64,000 nt of DNA from Takakia lepidozioides (lineage: Eukaryota > Plantae > Bryophyta). Made by a program: the position numbers and the translations under genes. Below are positions 1-9,963 of the stretch, one piece after another (positions within the stretch are counted from its first letter, which is position 1; each line of letters opens with the position of its first letter). Below the pieces are notes generated by a model. That model did not search any database, had not been told where the DNA came from, and saw only the letters and a program-made list of their open reading frames with translations. The stretch is from assembly GCA_030704615.1 (NCBI GenBank), contig CM060734.1:25420001-25484000 (forward strand), given 5' to 3'.

Positions 1-499
1 TCAGCTTCAGAGATGAAAGCACCATGCTGTAGGTAATTCCAGAGCACCTTGATGGTTTCAGATTGTGTACATGCATGAGCAAGCACGATTGGGAAGAGGA
101 CCAGTCAAGAGCAGGTTATAGTGACAAAGCTGAGAACTAGACTTGGGAATGCGAGCTTTCATTGTGTGAAGGATTGCAAGACCAAGCGAAAGGGCTGATT
201 TGGCTTGGGGCAAATTAGTGCACTTTGTGGAGTATGGTGAGATTGGGTTTCAATCTCGAGCTTCAACATTGAGAGGGCTCTTGTCATGGCAAAAGCAGGG
301 CTGGAACATGAGCTAAGAGATGCGACAAGGCCATGGAATGTGCACCTAGGGTTTCAGAGCTTGGAAGAAGAGCTCTTGCACCATAAGAGGAGTGTCTTGT
401 GGCTGGAAATGTAAGCCTTAGGGTTTCAGGAGCTTGGCAAAGGCTGTGGAGTGCTTAGTCTTGTCTTAGAGAGCATCAAGGAGCCAAGGAGCCAAGATA

Positions 500-980
500 G
501 GGGGCTGATACCTCTTGTGTGAAGGGGTTGCATGTGTGGAGCATGGATTCAGCTCATTGAAGCTTCAATCTTCAAGCTTGGAGGGCAAGCAAGGAAGAGG
601 GAAGGGCTGATTTCCTTTATGTGAGGGCAATGCATGTGTGGAGCATGCTTTCAGCCTGTTGAAGGCTTGTACTTTCAAGTTTGGGAGTGCAAGAAATGAA
701 GGAAGGGGCTGGTTTCCCTGTAGGGCATGTGTGGAGCATGCTTTCAGTCTGCTGAAGCTTGTATTTTCAGGTTTGTGGGTGCAAGAAATGAAGCAAAAGA
801 GCTGATTCTCTTATGGTGAGAGTGGGGCATGTGTGGAGCATGCCTTCAGCCCATTGAGGCTCTTGTTTTCAAGCTTTAGAGAGCTAGAACGGAAGGGCTA
901 GGGCTGGTTTCCACTTGGGGTGAAATAAAAGCATATGTGAGTTGGGGTTTCAACTTCAAGCTTGAAGGGAGCACAACTCT
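500..980 (+). repeat. ~100-bp degenerate tandem repeat (~5 copies) in the retrotransposon 5' region
   Basis: GCATGTGTGGAGCATG..TTCAG..TTGAAG..TTCAAG recurs at ~530, 632, 725, 828 and (degenerate) 932. Confidence 0.8.
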
Positions 981-1344
981 TGAAGCAGCAGGTGCAGGGG
1001 CTGGATTAGGTGCGAAGGGCATGCTATGGTCAAGAAAAGCACGTGAATGAGTGCCTACAAGGGCTGGAAGTCAGCCATGTTTGGTTAGTCGCCATAGGGA
1101 TCAATGGTGCTGTTTTGTGAGTTAAAAGGAAGCTTGTGCACTTAGTTTCGGTTGCAAACATCTTCCTTTGGAATTAGAGCTACTATTGGTGGTGTGTGGG
1201 GGCCATAAAGAGCAGGAATACCTTGCTAATTTCCTCACAGTCACCATAGCTCAGTGCAAAGAAGCCTAGAGTCCAAGAGACACAGACCCTAGCTTGGCAT
1301 GGCTAAACCCCTTGGAGAAATGGCTAAACTGCCATGAGTGGCCA

Positions 1345-1835
1345 TGGATGGGGCTGTGACGGGCTGTGACAGGCTGTGGCCTTTGGGGCTATGACCCCTG
1401 TGACCTGTGTAGGGCTGTGATGGGCTGTGGCAGGCTATGGCCTTTGGGGCTGTGACCCCTGTGACCTGTGTAGGGCTGTGACAGGCTGTGAGGGGCTATG
1501 AGGGGCTGCGACAGGTTGTGGCCTTTGGGGCTGTGACCCCTGTGACCTGTGTAGGGCTGTGACAAGCTGTGATGGGCTATGGCGGGCTGTGACAGGCTGT
1601 GCCCTGTGGCCTGTGGGGCTGTGATGGGCTGTGACGGGCTGTGGCGGGCTGTGGCCTGTGGGGCTGTGAGGGGCTGTGACCCTGTGACCTGTGTAGGGCT
1701 GTGACAAGCTGTGACGGGCTGTGGCCTTTGGGGCTGTGACCCCTCTGACCTGTGTAGGGCTGTGACAGGCTGTGCCTTGGCCTTTGGGGTTGTGACGGCT
1801 GTGACCAGTGATCTGTGTGGGCTTGAGCTGGTCTG
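1345..1835 (+). repeat. GGGCTGTGAC-based minisatellite with a larger repeating block
   Basis: Dozens of (g/a)ggctgtgac 10-mers. The block ggcctttggggctgtgacccctgtgacctgtgtagggctgtga recurs at ~1378, 1439, 1520 and 1723. Confidence 0.95.
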
Positions 1836-2567
1836 TGGTGGCCCGTGTTGACCTGTGGACGGCCTGTGCTAACTCGTGGAGGCACTGGTGAATTGCGTAA
1901 GGACTGGCATGTGGTCTTGAAGGCCGAATTTTGAAGCTCGTGGAGGGCGGTTTGAGGAGTATCTTCATGATATTCCCATGGTCATGCAAGTGAGGGAAGA
2001 GAGGAGAAAAAGAGTGTTGGGATGAGGGCATGCTGGGTTAGGCATTGCTTTAGCTTCTCTTCCTCGTAGTTTTTCACCCTCTCATTAGGCCAAGACCTTT
2101 CCGTAGGTGGAGGCAAGAGTCAGTTTGGGTTTGGGTTGGGGTGTCCTTGCAGGAGCAACACCGTGGAGTTGTTTTTGGTGTAGGGGAGTTGTCGTTCTGA
2201 TTTCTTGTGTTTGAATCCCCTCCATACCTGTATGCTTGACTGTGCGCCATGTTAGTTTTGTGTGGGCGCTTGTTTTTATAGGTGATTGGTCCGGATTTGA
2301 TCACCGGCCAGTCCTAGAGCATGTTGTCGATGGTGAGGCTGGGGTGATGACCAGTCAGACCATCATTGTTTCTCCTGTGGTGAGGTTGGAGGTGATGACC
2401 AGCCAACATAAGAGTGCTTGCGGCGGATGCAGGTGCAGGTGTAGGCTATGTTAGGAACCTAGTATTCCAAACCATAAGCCGCAACAGGTTCTCTACCCGG
2501 TTACCTTGTGGAGAGGGGGTTAGGGACATGTTCATGACCGGTTGAATGACAGCTTGTCAATACGGAG

Positions 2568-4613
2568 GTGCCACTAGTTGCTGGGGACAGTGCCGGTTCG
2601 AGCACTAGCGATACTAGTGGGTACACGAGACGAGGTGTGCGGTTTCGGCCACCTTCACCTCCTGTGTCTTCTACGGAAGGTTCTGATTCGGATTGTGAAT
2701 CAGGAGGACTCACACCGGCGGTGCAAGTTGTTTCCTTGCCATTGTTGTGGGACACAATGGAGGAGATGTATGGAGCTACCAAGGGGCCACGAAGGTACTC
2801 TGGGGCGGTGGGCACCATCGAGTTGGATGATTTTATCTAAGAGTTTGATAGTTGGTGTGATTTGCAGCAAATGCGCAATCCACAACTATTTACGCCTTTC
2901 ATGGCATGGAAGGGGCTGTTTCAGCACCTTGAGGGGCCGCCTATGGATGATTACCATGAGTTCAGGCGGGGGCATGAGGTTGAGATTGAGGAGTGGAGGA
3001 TGTACTGGTCACCCGACTATGTCTCCATCACTAGGGGCACTAGAGCCACGAGGGCAGTGGCTACACCTGCCGCTGCACCGGCAGCTTCAGCAAGCAGTAG
3101 TGGGACTAGTGGGACTGGTGGTACCGTAGCTACGACGTCCACCCAAGCCACTACCGCACCAGCATCAGTACCCGTGCCTGCCTTCAACCCTGTTGTGGAG
3201 TTCTTCGAAGAGTTGAGAGGGAACAACCAAGGGGTGAGGAAAGAGAAGTTGCGGAGTTTGCAAGAGTTCAAACGGAAGCCTACTGAGAGCTTGAGGGAGG
3301 CTTTCACTCGCATGAGGCGCTTGATAAATGTAACCCAAGGGGTTATGGAAGCTCAGGCAGTCCAATTCTGGTATGGGATATTGGACAAGGAGCTGAGGAG
3401 AAGGGTGCGGGATGCAACTCTCCTACAAGCGGCCCAACCTACCTTAGCAAATGTGTTTTTGCTGGTAGAGCGGATAGAGCTCAACATGGTGGAGGAACGA
3501 GTGGTCATGGTAGGATTTGCTACGAAGACACCAAGGGGTAGTGGTGCTCCTAGCCAACCACTACCTCAACGTGCTCAAGGCAACAAAGGGGCTCAGGTGA
3601 AGCTCAGGGAAGGACAGAGATGACCTCAGATGCAGGGGTCTCTCCCTTCATTTGCAGGCCAACAACGGGCAAAGGTGGTGTGTTGGACATGTGGAGGACC
3701 CCATGTCAAGAAGGATTGCCCAGAGGGAGGCAAAGGGCCGTCACATGCACAGCCTGCACAGTTGCACTGTGGGCATTGTGGCAAGCACGGGCATGGAGAG
3801 GCCTAGTGTTATGGTTTGCATCCTGAGTTGCGCCCAAGCCAGTTCCAAGGGAACAATGGTGGCCGGGGGTGAGGTGGGGCAGCCCAGAGAGGATGAGGTG
3901 GCTAGGCACGAGGTGTAGGCCAATGGCAAGCTCAACATGGCCAAGGACGCGGAGGTCAGGGTGTTGACCAAGGCATGGCCAACCGGCTTCAGCAGCTAGA
4001 ACAAAGGCTCGCTGCCATGGCTACAGCTCAGGTGGTACCGGCTCCCAGGCCGGATGGTCCACCTCCTGCTCCTGAGGGAGGAGATATGGGAGGCATGGGA
4101 TTCATGTGCGGAGCAGCACTACCACTAGTGCAGGTGGAGTCTGCTGCAGCCGTGACTCGAGGAACAACACGAGTTCATGAGCCACGAGGTGCAGAGGTGG
4201 AGTTGGATCCACAGCGTGGGGAGGCAAGTCGTCAGGCTAGGCTTCCTCAGTCATTCATATTGGCGGAGACAGTGTCGACGCCATCCATGGCACCTAGTTC
4301 TCGCCCGACTGTTACCGAGGCGGAGATTACTATGCCATTGGGAAGAGCTACATGGGTAGCACCACTACCTAGTGTTGCCAAGGCTACGGCAGCTAGTGTG
4401 CTGCTGGGAGCGGCCACATCTGTGTGCCAGGTTCCATTGTTCTTGGCTACCATGATTGCAACGCCGGGGGTAAGACCAGCTGAGGTGTTCAGGCTGGCAG
4501 CTACACTCTGTGAGAGTGGGGAGGTTACTTCATCTTCTGCGGAGATAGTGAGAGGTGTAGTGCCGGAGGGATCCTCGGATTTGAGGGTCAAGACTGCCAC
4601 GACGGCGCCGTAG
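2568..4613 (+). pseudogene. Retrotransposon Gag with two zinc knuckles, interrupted by in-frame stops
   Basis: ORFs 2568, 2862, 3975 and 4632 share one frame. Gag-like LDDFI*EFDSWCD and LQEFKRKPTESLREAFTRMRRL. Read-through of 3624-3975 gives CWTCGGPHVKKDC and CGHCGKHGHGEA*C. Confidence 0.85.
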
Positions 4614-4689
4614 CAAGCTGCAGTTGTCAGGTTGATGGAGCTGCCAGCTAGGCCAACCATTGAGCGCGCCATGGCGCCTGAAGTTGTCA

Positions 4690-5130
4690 TGTTAGACAAC
4701 CAGGATGACATTTTCTGTTTGAGTGGACCGGCAGGTAGGAGGTACCGGCCACTGCGGGTCTTGTTGGACTCGGGAGCTCAGCCATTGATGCTGGGCAGAG
4801 CTGCTATTGCAAGCTTGGGCCTCATGGAGGTAGATATGGAGCCTTGTCCTTTCCAGATACAGACGTCTCTGGGAGGATCGGAGCAGGCTCAGGACATGAC
4901 ACGACGTGAGTTGGCTATCAGACTACGGCCGGATCATCCTACAGATGGCTCAGTGATGCGAGCCAAGGCCATTGTGACAGATGCGGTCTCATACGATGTC
5001 CTGGTTGGTGGGGCAGTGTTGTACCCCATGGGCTTCACCCTTGATTTTTGGGAGGAATCAGCTTCCTATAGGCCTGGATGGCAGTCAGGGGAGGGCCGGT
5101 GTGTGCAGCTCCCTGTGACGTTCATAGGAG
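4690..5130 (+). pseudogene. Retroviral-type aspartic protease domain
   Basis: VLLDSGAQPLMLG catalytic motif and YDVLVG C-terminal motif in ORF 4632..5936. Confidence 0.85.
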
Positions 5131-5474
5131 GAGTTGCGGTTGCCCAGCGGGGCAAGATGCCGACACTAGCAGCATTCACATTTGTAGTGAGTTGGCCTGG
5201 AGAGTTGCTTGAGGGCAATGCTCATTCAGAGGATGACACAGCTCCAGGAGAGCAGGTTGATATGTATGGTATGGCGGAGTTGCCTGCCATGGTTGCTCAC
5301 ACTCCATTGTGGGGCTCGAGCAAGGATTTGCAGCGGGTTGCTGATCGACGGGTGCAACAAGCCTGGGTAGAGGCTTTTGTACCATCAGGAGAGGAGGACA
5401 GTGCGGGGATTGCACCAGGACCACCTCATTTGTCACCATTGGACACCACACCGATCGTGTGGCAGTATCCGGAT

Positions 5475-5885
5475 GAAGGCATTTGTCTTCTAGACTTGTT
5501 TGGCGGGATCAGCACCGGATTGGCTGTTTGTTTACAGGCATGTGTACGAGTTCGGCGTTACATGTATGTGGAGAAGGATGAGACTGCACGACGCGTTTTA
5601 CTTCGTCATGTTGCTCAGTTGGTGCAGCTGTACCCTGAGTTGTTGCCGGTGTCTGCAGTTCGTGGATATCAGCAAGCCTTGCCAGCAGACATTTCGTTGC
5701 TGGGGGCACAGGATTTGGAGCGGGTTGGCTCCATTGATCTGGTAGTGGCAGGTTGGCCCTGCCAAAGGCATTCATCAGCCAGGCATGGCAATGGATTGCA
5801 AGACTCGAGGTCGGGTCTGTTTTGGAAGATGGTACGGGTTTTGCGCCACTTGCAGCTTCATCAAGCTGTATCTCCAGCATATATG
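5475..5885 (+). pseudogene. C5 cytosine DNA methyltransferase domain (motifs I-V) in frame with Gag-protease, truncated just before motif VI
   Basis: LLDLFGGISTG (motif I, SAM binding), YVEKD (II), ADI (III), IDLVVAGWPCQ (IV, catalytic PC) and DSRSGLFW (V). The sequence then reads SPAY and is cut where ENV would be expected. Confidence 0.88.
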
Positions 5886-6290
5886 TTTATGGCAATTGGA
5901 CGGAGAGACGTATATGCGGTGATTACCGGCCTGTAAATCGTCAGACCAAGTCCGATAAGTATGTCATGCCAACACCAGATGAGATCTTTGATGTCATCGG
6001 GCATGCTAAGGTCTTTAGCACTTTGGATTTACGATCCGGATATCACCAGTTGCCGATCAAGGAGGCGGACAAGCAGAAGACGACATTCTGGGGGATCAAT
6101 GAGCACGGCAAGAATTGCCTATATCAGTGGCGGTTCTTACCATTTAGGCTTAAGAATGCTCCTGCAGAGTTTCAGAGAGTCATGGATAGGATTCTAGCAG
6201 GGGCGGACTTTGCTCGGTGTTACATAGATGACATCATCATCTTTAGTGCTACGGTGGAGGAGCATGAGAGTCACCTTCAGGTGGTCATTG
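5886..6290 (+). pseudogene. Ty3/gypsy reverse transcriptase fragment
   Basis: RRICGDYRPVN, FSTLDLRSGYHQL, LPF(R)LKNAPAEFQR and CYIDDIIIFS. Similarity stops after HLQVV; no RNase H or integrase follows. Confidence 0.92.
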
Positions 6291-7584
6291 CAGAAGGGAG
6301 GTGATAGTCTAGGAGTTATTCGGGTATGGGGGGCTCGGTTGCTTATACTATTGGCAGCTCAAGCGGTGACGGCAAGCGCTTGGGAGTTATGGGGTGTGGA
6401 GCTCGAGTAATCATTACTGGCGCAGCTTGGGCGGTGACGGCATGGAGCGAGGGCATCAGCAGGGGATGGACAACTCAACTGTGGATGGGTACTTGCAAAT
6501 ATCGACAGAGGAAAGGGATATTTAGGTGTTGTGCTCGTGATGTTTCTTCTTCTTTTTGCTATGACTTAGAATAGAACATGCAAGCTGGAGAGAGATAGCT
6601 TGGCAATGGCGTTAGGGAGAAAAACTTGGGAAATTGGGGGTATGAATGAAGTTGTGACAGAGTGAGTTCAAACCAGATGGATTCATGTGTTGAGAGAGCT
6701 GGAGTGTGTGCATTCTTGATTTGTAAGAAGAAGGATTCACTGGTGGTAGTGGTGTAGATGTTACATGACCTTTGTGACAATTAGATCTGTTACATTCTGT
6801 TTGCAGTCTGTTTTGCTTCAGTAGAATTAAGTCAATTAGTTATAGTCATGACCACAATGGAGGGGATTGCTGCAGAGTGTGGTGGTCATACAGGCAGGCT
6901 AATGGTTTCTGTGATCTGACCTGCTGCACATTGAAGGCCAACAGGATGGGCTCAATTGCATTGCACAACATATAGGTTGTAGTAAATTTGTGGAGGGTAT
7001 CTGTGTTTGCAAAGACAACTTGCTGCTGTGAGAAGATAACATGGGATGGGAGAGAGACCTGAAAATGCATATCATAAAGTGGCTGAGAGCATGATCAAGT
7101 GAGAAAGAGGTAACACCCTGAGATGACCTGCAATGTACTAGAGTAATTGTTCATCAAAAGGAAAACTTGCAAGGCTGTTGAATTGACTGAATTTCACTAA
7201 GTTAGAGAGATAGGCAGAACCAAAAAGAGTTTGTGAGCCTGACATACATGTTATCCTTATCATGATGTAAGTAAGAGAACATGGGATGGGAGAGAGATCA
7301 CATCTGCATACATGATCTGGAAAGAGGGGCTGCCTACTCAAACAAGGGAGAGGGAACATCCAGCAGTGTTTGCAGCATACCCTGTCTGAATGAAACCAAA
7401 ACAAGAAGTGTTGCATAGCTGGGTTTATCCTGAAAGTGCCTGGAAGTGTAAAAGAAAAAGTTGTATATCAATGATCTATAGTTGTAGGCTTTCTGGTGTA
7501 AAACTAACCCAACATTTGTGATGTTGTGTTTTGTGTTATGAGTACAGGACTCACCTACTGGCTAAGTTATGCAGTCACCAAACA

Positions 7585-7742
7585 CAAGAGGATAGAATAA
7601 CATAAGGGGTAGATGGATAGTGTAAGCAGGTTTATTCTTACTTTCTCTTCCACTGCGGTAAGGGTAAGTCTTGACTTCTCTGGTCATAATGAGTTAGTAA
7701 ATAATACTACCTAGGCTTTTAGGCCATTTTTTTCACACTACA
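7585..7742 (+). repeat. Candidate polypurine tract plus short TG..CA 3' LTR (7621-7742)
   Basis: Purine-rich aaggggtagatggatag is followed directly by tgtaagc...cactaca, after which composition turns AT-rich. No second copy in the window to confirm it. Confidence 0.35.
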
Positions 7743-7777
7743 ATATATAATGTTGGTGGCCCGACAAATGCCTACAA

Positions 7778-7920
7778 TATTTCAGTACATCAAAATTTCA
7801 GTATTTTAGTATTTCAGAGAGTATTTCAGCGAGTATTTCAGCAAGTATTTTAATGTTTCAGCTAGTTTTTCAGCAAATATTGTATTCCAGTTCGTATTTC
7901 AACAAGCATTTCAATATTTT
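7778..7920 (+). repeat. Degenerate AGTATTTCAGC short tandem repeat
   Basis: gtatttcag variants repeat about 10 times. Confidence 0.7.
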
Positions 7921-8850
7921 AATAATTAGTAAACTTGATGATTAATTTTGTAATATCATACATCAATATTTAATTCCTACATCAATAAAGTGTCCCCTGT
8001 TTTATAAATAAGTAAACTTTCTTCTTATGCAGAACATGTTTAAAATATACTTTGAATATGTGTTATCTTATTTCAATATAACATTTTAAGGAAATTTTCT
8101 ACTTAGAATCTTAGGGTGGAGCCATTACACGACTAGCCGCTTGTTTTTTCCCCGTTATTAATAAAATACTGGGGCTTCATCCCGCTATTATAAATAAATA
8201 AAATAAAATAAAAAATGGCCATCACCAACAACGTGCATCTGTCCATTGTCAGTCGCTGCCCAAGCAACACCCATAACCGAGAAGGACAACCGAGAGCATT
8301 GCTACGGGATGACTGATGAGGACTGTCTGGCACACCTGGACCTCCAATTCCATTTCCTGGGCTCAGAATTTTGTGTGGCCTCGTCGTAATGAGGCTGGTC
8401 AGACGATGGGGCGCGCCGTCTCATTAATATAGGAGCAAACTACCTTCATGCAGCAAGGACTTAGAATTTTTTTGGCAGATGAAATTTACAACTACCTCCA
8501 TGCAGGTAGTTTGTTTTAGGATTTTCTACATGAAGGTAGTTGCAAAACCAAGCTGAATATACCCGCACGAGAGTAGTTAAACACCCACACCTCCATAGAG
8601 GTAGTTGTAATTAGCGCATACCACCGGAACCACGTTCAAGGACTGGAACCCGAGACATGCATCGCCATATCGCCATTGACCTACCACCAGACCACAACCT
8701 CCACCATACCGACGATTTGCTTGTTAGTTTTTTTCATATATAAGAGAAACGGGGAATAGGGATCGTTTTAATGTAGCGGGGCCCGCTATCAGGTCCATGT
8801 CCCCTCTGCACCATGCGGCCTCATTACGACGAGGCCACACAAAATTCTGA

Positions 8851-9147
8851 GGCCATTTCCTGGCCTTGACGGCGTCTGTCGATGGCGTCCTTGGCCAGAC
8901 CTACCGTCCAGGATTCCAGAGCCCCGTCAAGGTGGGGATTCCCATGCCCATCGGGAGGCGAGGCCAGGTTCGAGACATCATCGCTACTGTCGACGGACTG
9001 CGAGGCGAACCGGTTTTCTCCCGACTCCCGCCTGTTGGAGTGGTCGCTGGTCTTCCTCACGTTGGAGCTGAGGGTTATCGTCTTCCGTGGTCGTCACCAA
9101 GTGTACTAGTTCTGGCGGTACAGGAGGAATTGTGTGTCGTCCGTTGA
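8851..9147 (+). pseudogene. 3' fragment of a root cap / LEA-related protein gene (frameshifted)
   Basis: LTASVDGVLGQTYRPGFQSPVKVGIPMP, then a frameshift to GGEARFETSSLLSTDCEANRF, and terminal CTSSGGTGGIVCR. These match the family's C-terminal motifs as I recall them. Confidence 0.8.
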
Positions 9148-9963
9148 GATTGAAAATCAGGATAAAAAGCAGGCTTGCAGGATGATGGAGCCCGGAATGA
9201 ATTAGTGGCGCATCGGATGCAGCTGAATAAGCACAATTTCAGTAAATCACTTGATAGATTCTTAATCAGCCTGCCTTGGACTGTTGTTGAGGTATCGATA
9301 GGTGTTCAGGGTCATAACACCAGTAATAAGTAAACAGCCGTCTAGAATCATTCTCATGAGCTACCAGGAAAGCTTGAGAAGCCTGATTGTTTGACCGATC
9401 TGGCTACCATGCCGTTGCTTGTAAATCGATGCAGCATGCTACGTCGATTCGACTAGTACTGCTTTATCGATTCGCATTCTTTTGTTGATAATTTGTCGGG
9501 TTATGTCTAGTTTGAAGTGTCTTGTTTAATCATTTGTTATTTGTGTGACTGATCCGAAACTTGCAGGTCCAGTTGTGTTTTTCCGGGGCGAGTGACCTCG
9601 GAAGAAGTCTGGTCTGACTGAATGAGAGTGTGAGTGCGCATGTCTGACTACAAAATCTATGAAGTTAGGTTCATCCATGAAGAATGGATGAACCGACTGA
9701 TGCGGATAGGTGACGAGAGTAGTAAGAGTCACACTAGTTGAGCAATAACATTGTCTGTGTCACGCACACATACGAACTTGCCTGCTTAGACAGCTGAAGA
9801 GTAAGACAACACAGATACCCTTGTAGGTCATTTGAGAATTTGAGATGAGGCTGCCTGCATCTATAGAATTCTTGCTGCGTGCCTGGAGATTTGTGGTAGC
9901 TCTCGCTGGACCATTTGATGCCCAATTGGCCAGATGGGAGGTCAATGTAGACACTTCAAGCCT

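Larger units (their letters stand above)
1..7742 (+). mobile_element. Degenerate, internally deleted Ty3/gypsy LTR retrotransposon carrying a C5-DNA methyltransferase domain (5' end lies outside the window; 3' limit tentative)
   Basis: Gag, two zinc knuckles, aspartic protease, DNMT motifs and gypsy-type RT occur in order on the + strand. A long repeat-rich 5' region precedes them, and a candidate PPT and 3' LTR lie at 7585-7742. Confidence 0.75.

Noticed and set aside
1435-2031. 198-aa Pro/Ser/His-rich minus-strand ORF
   Set aside because: It is a translation of the minisatellite.
5475-5885. Host MET1/CMT/DRM gene
   Set aside because: It is intronless and in frame with the retroviral protease, has no BAH, chromo or UBA domains, and shows the non-permuted motif order.
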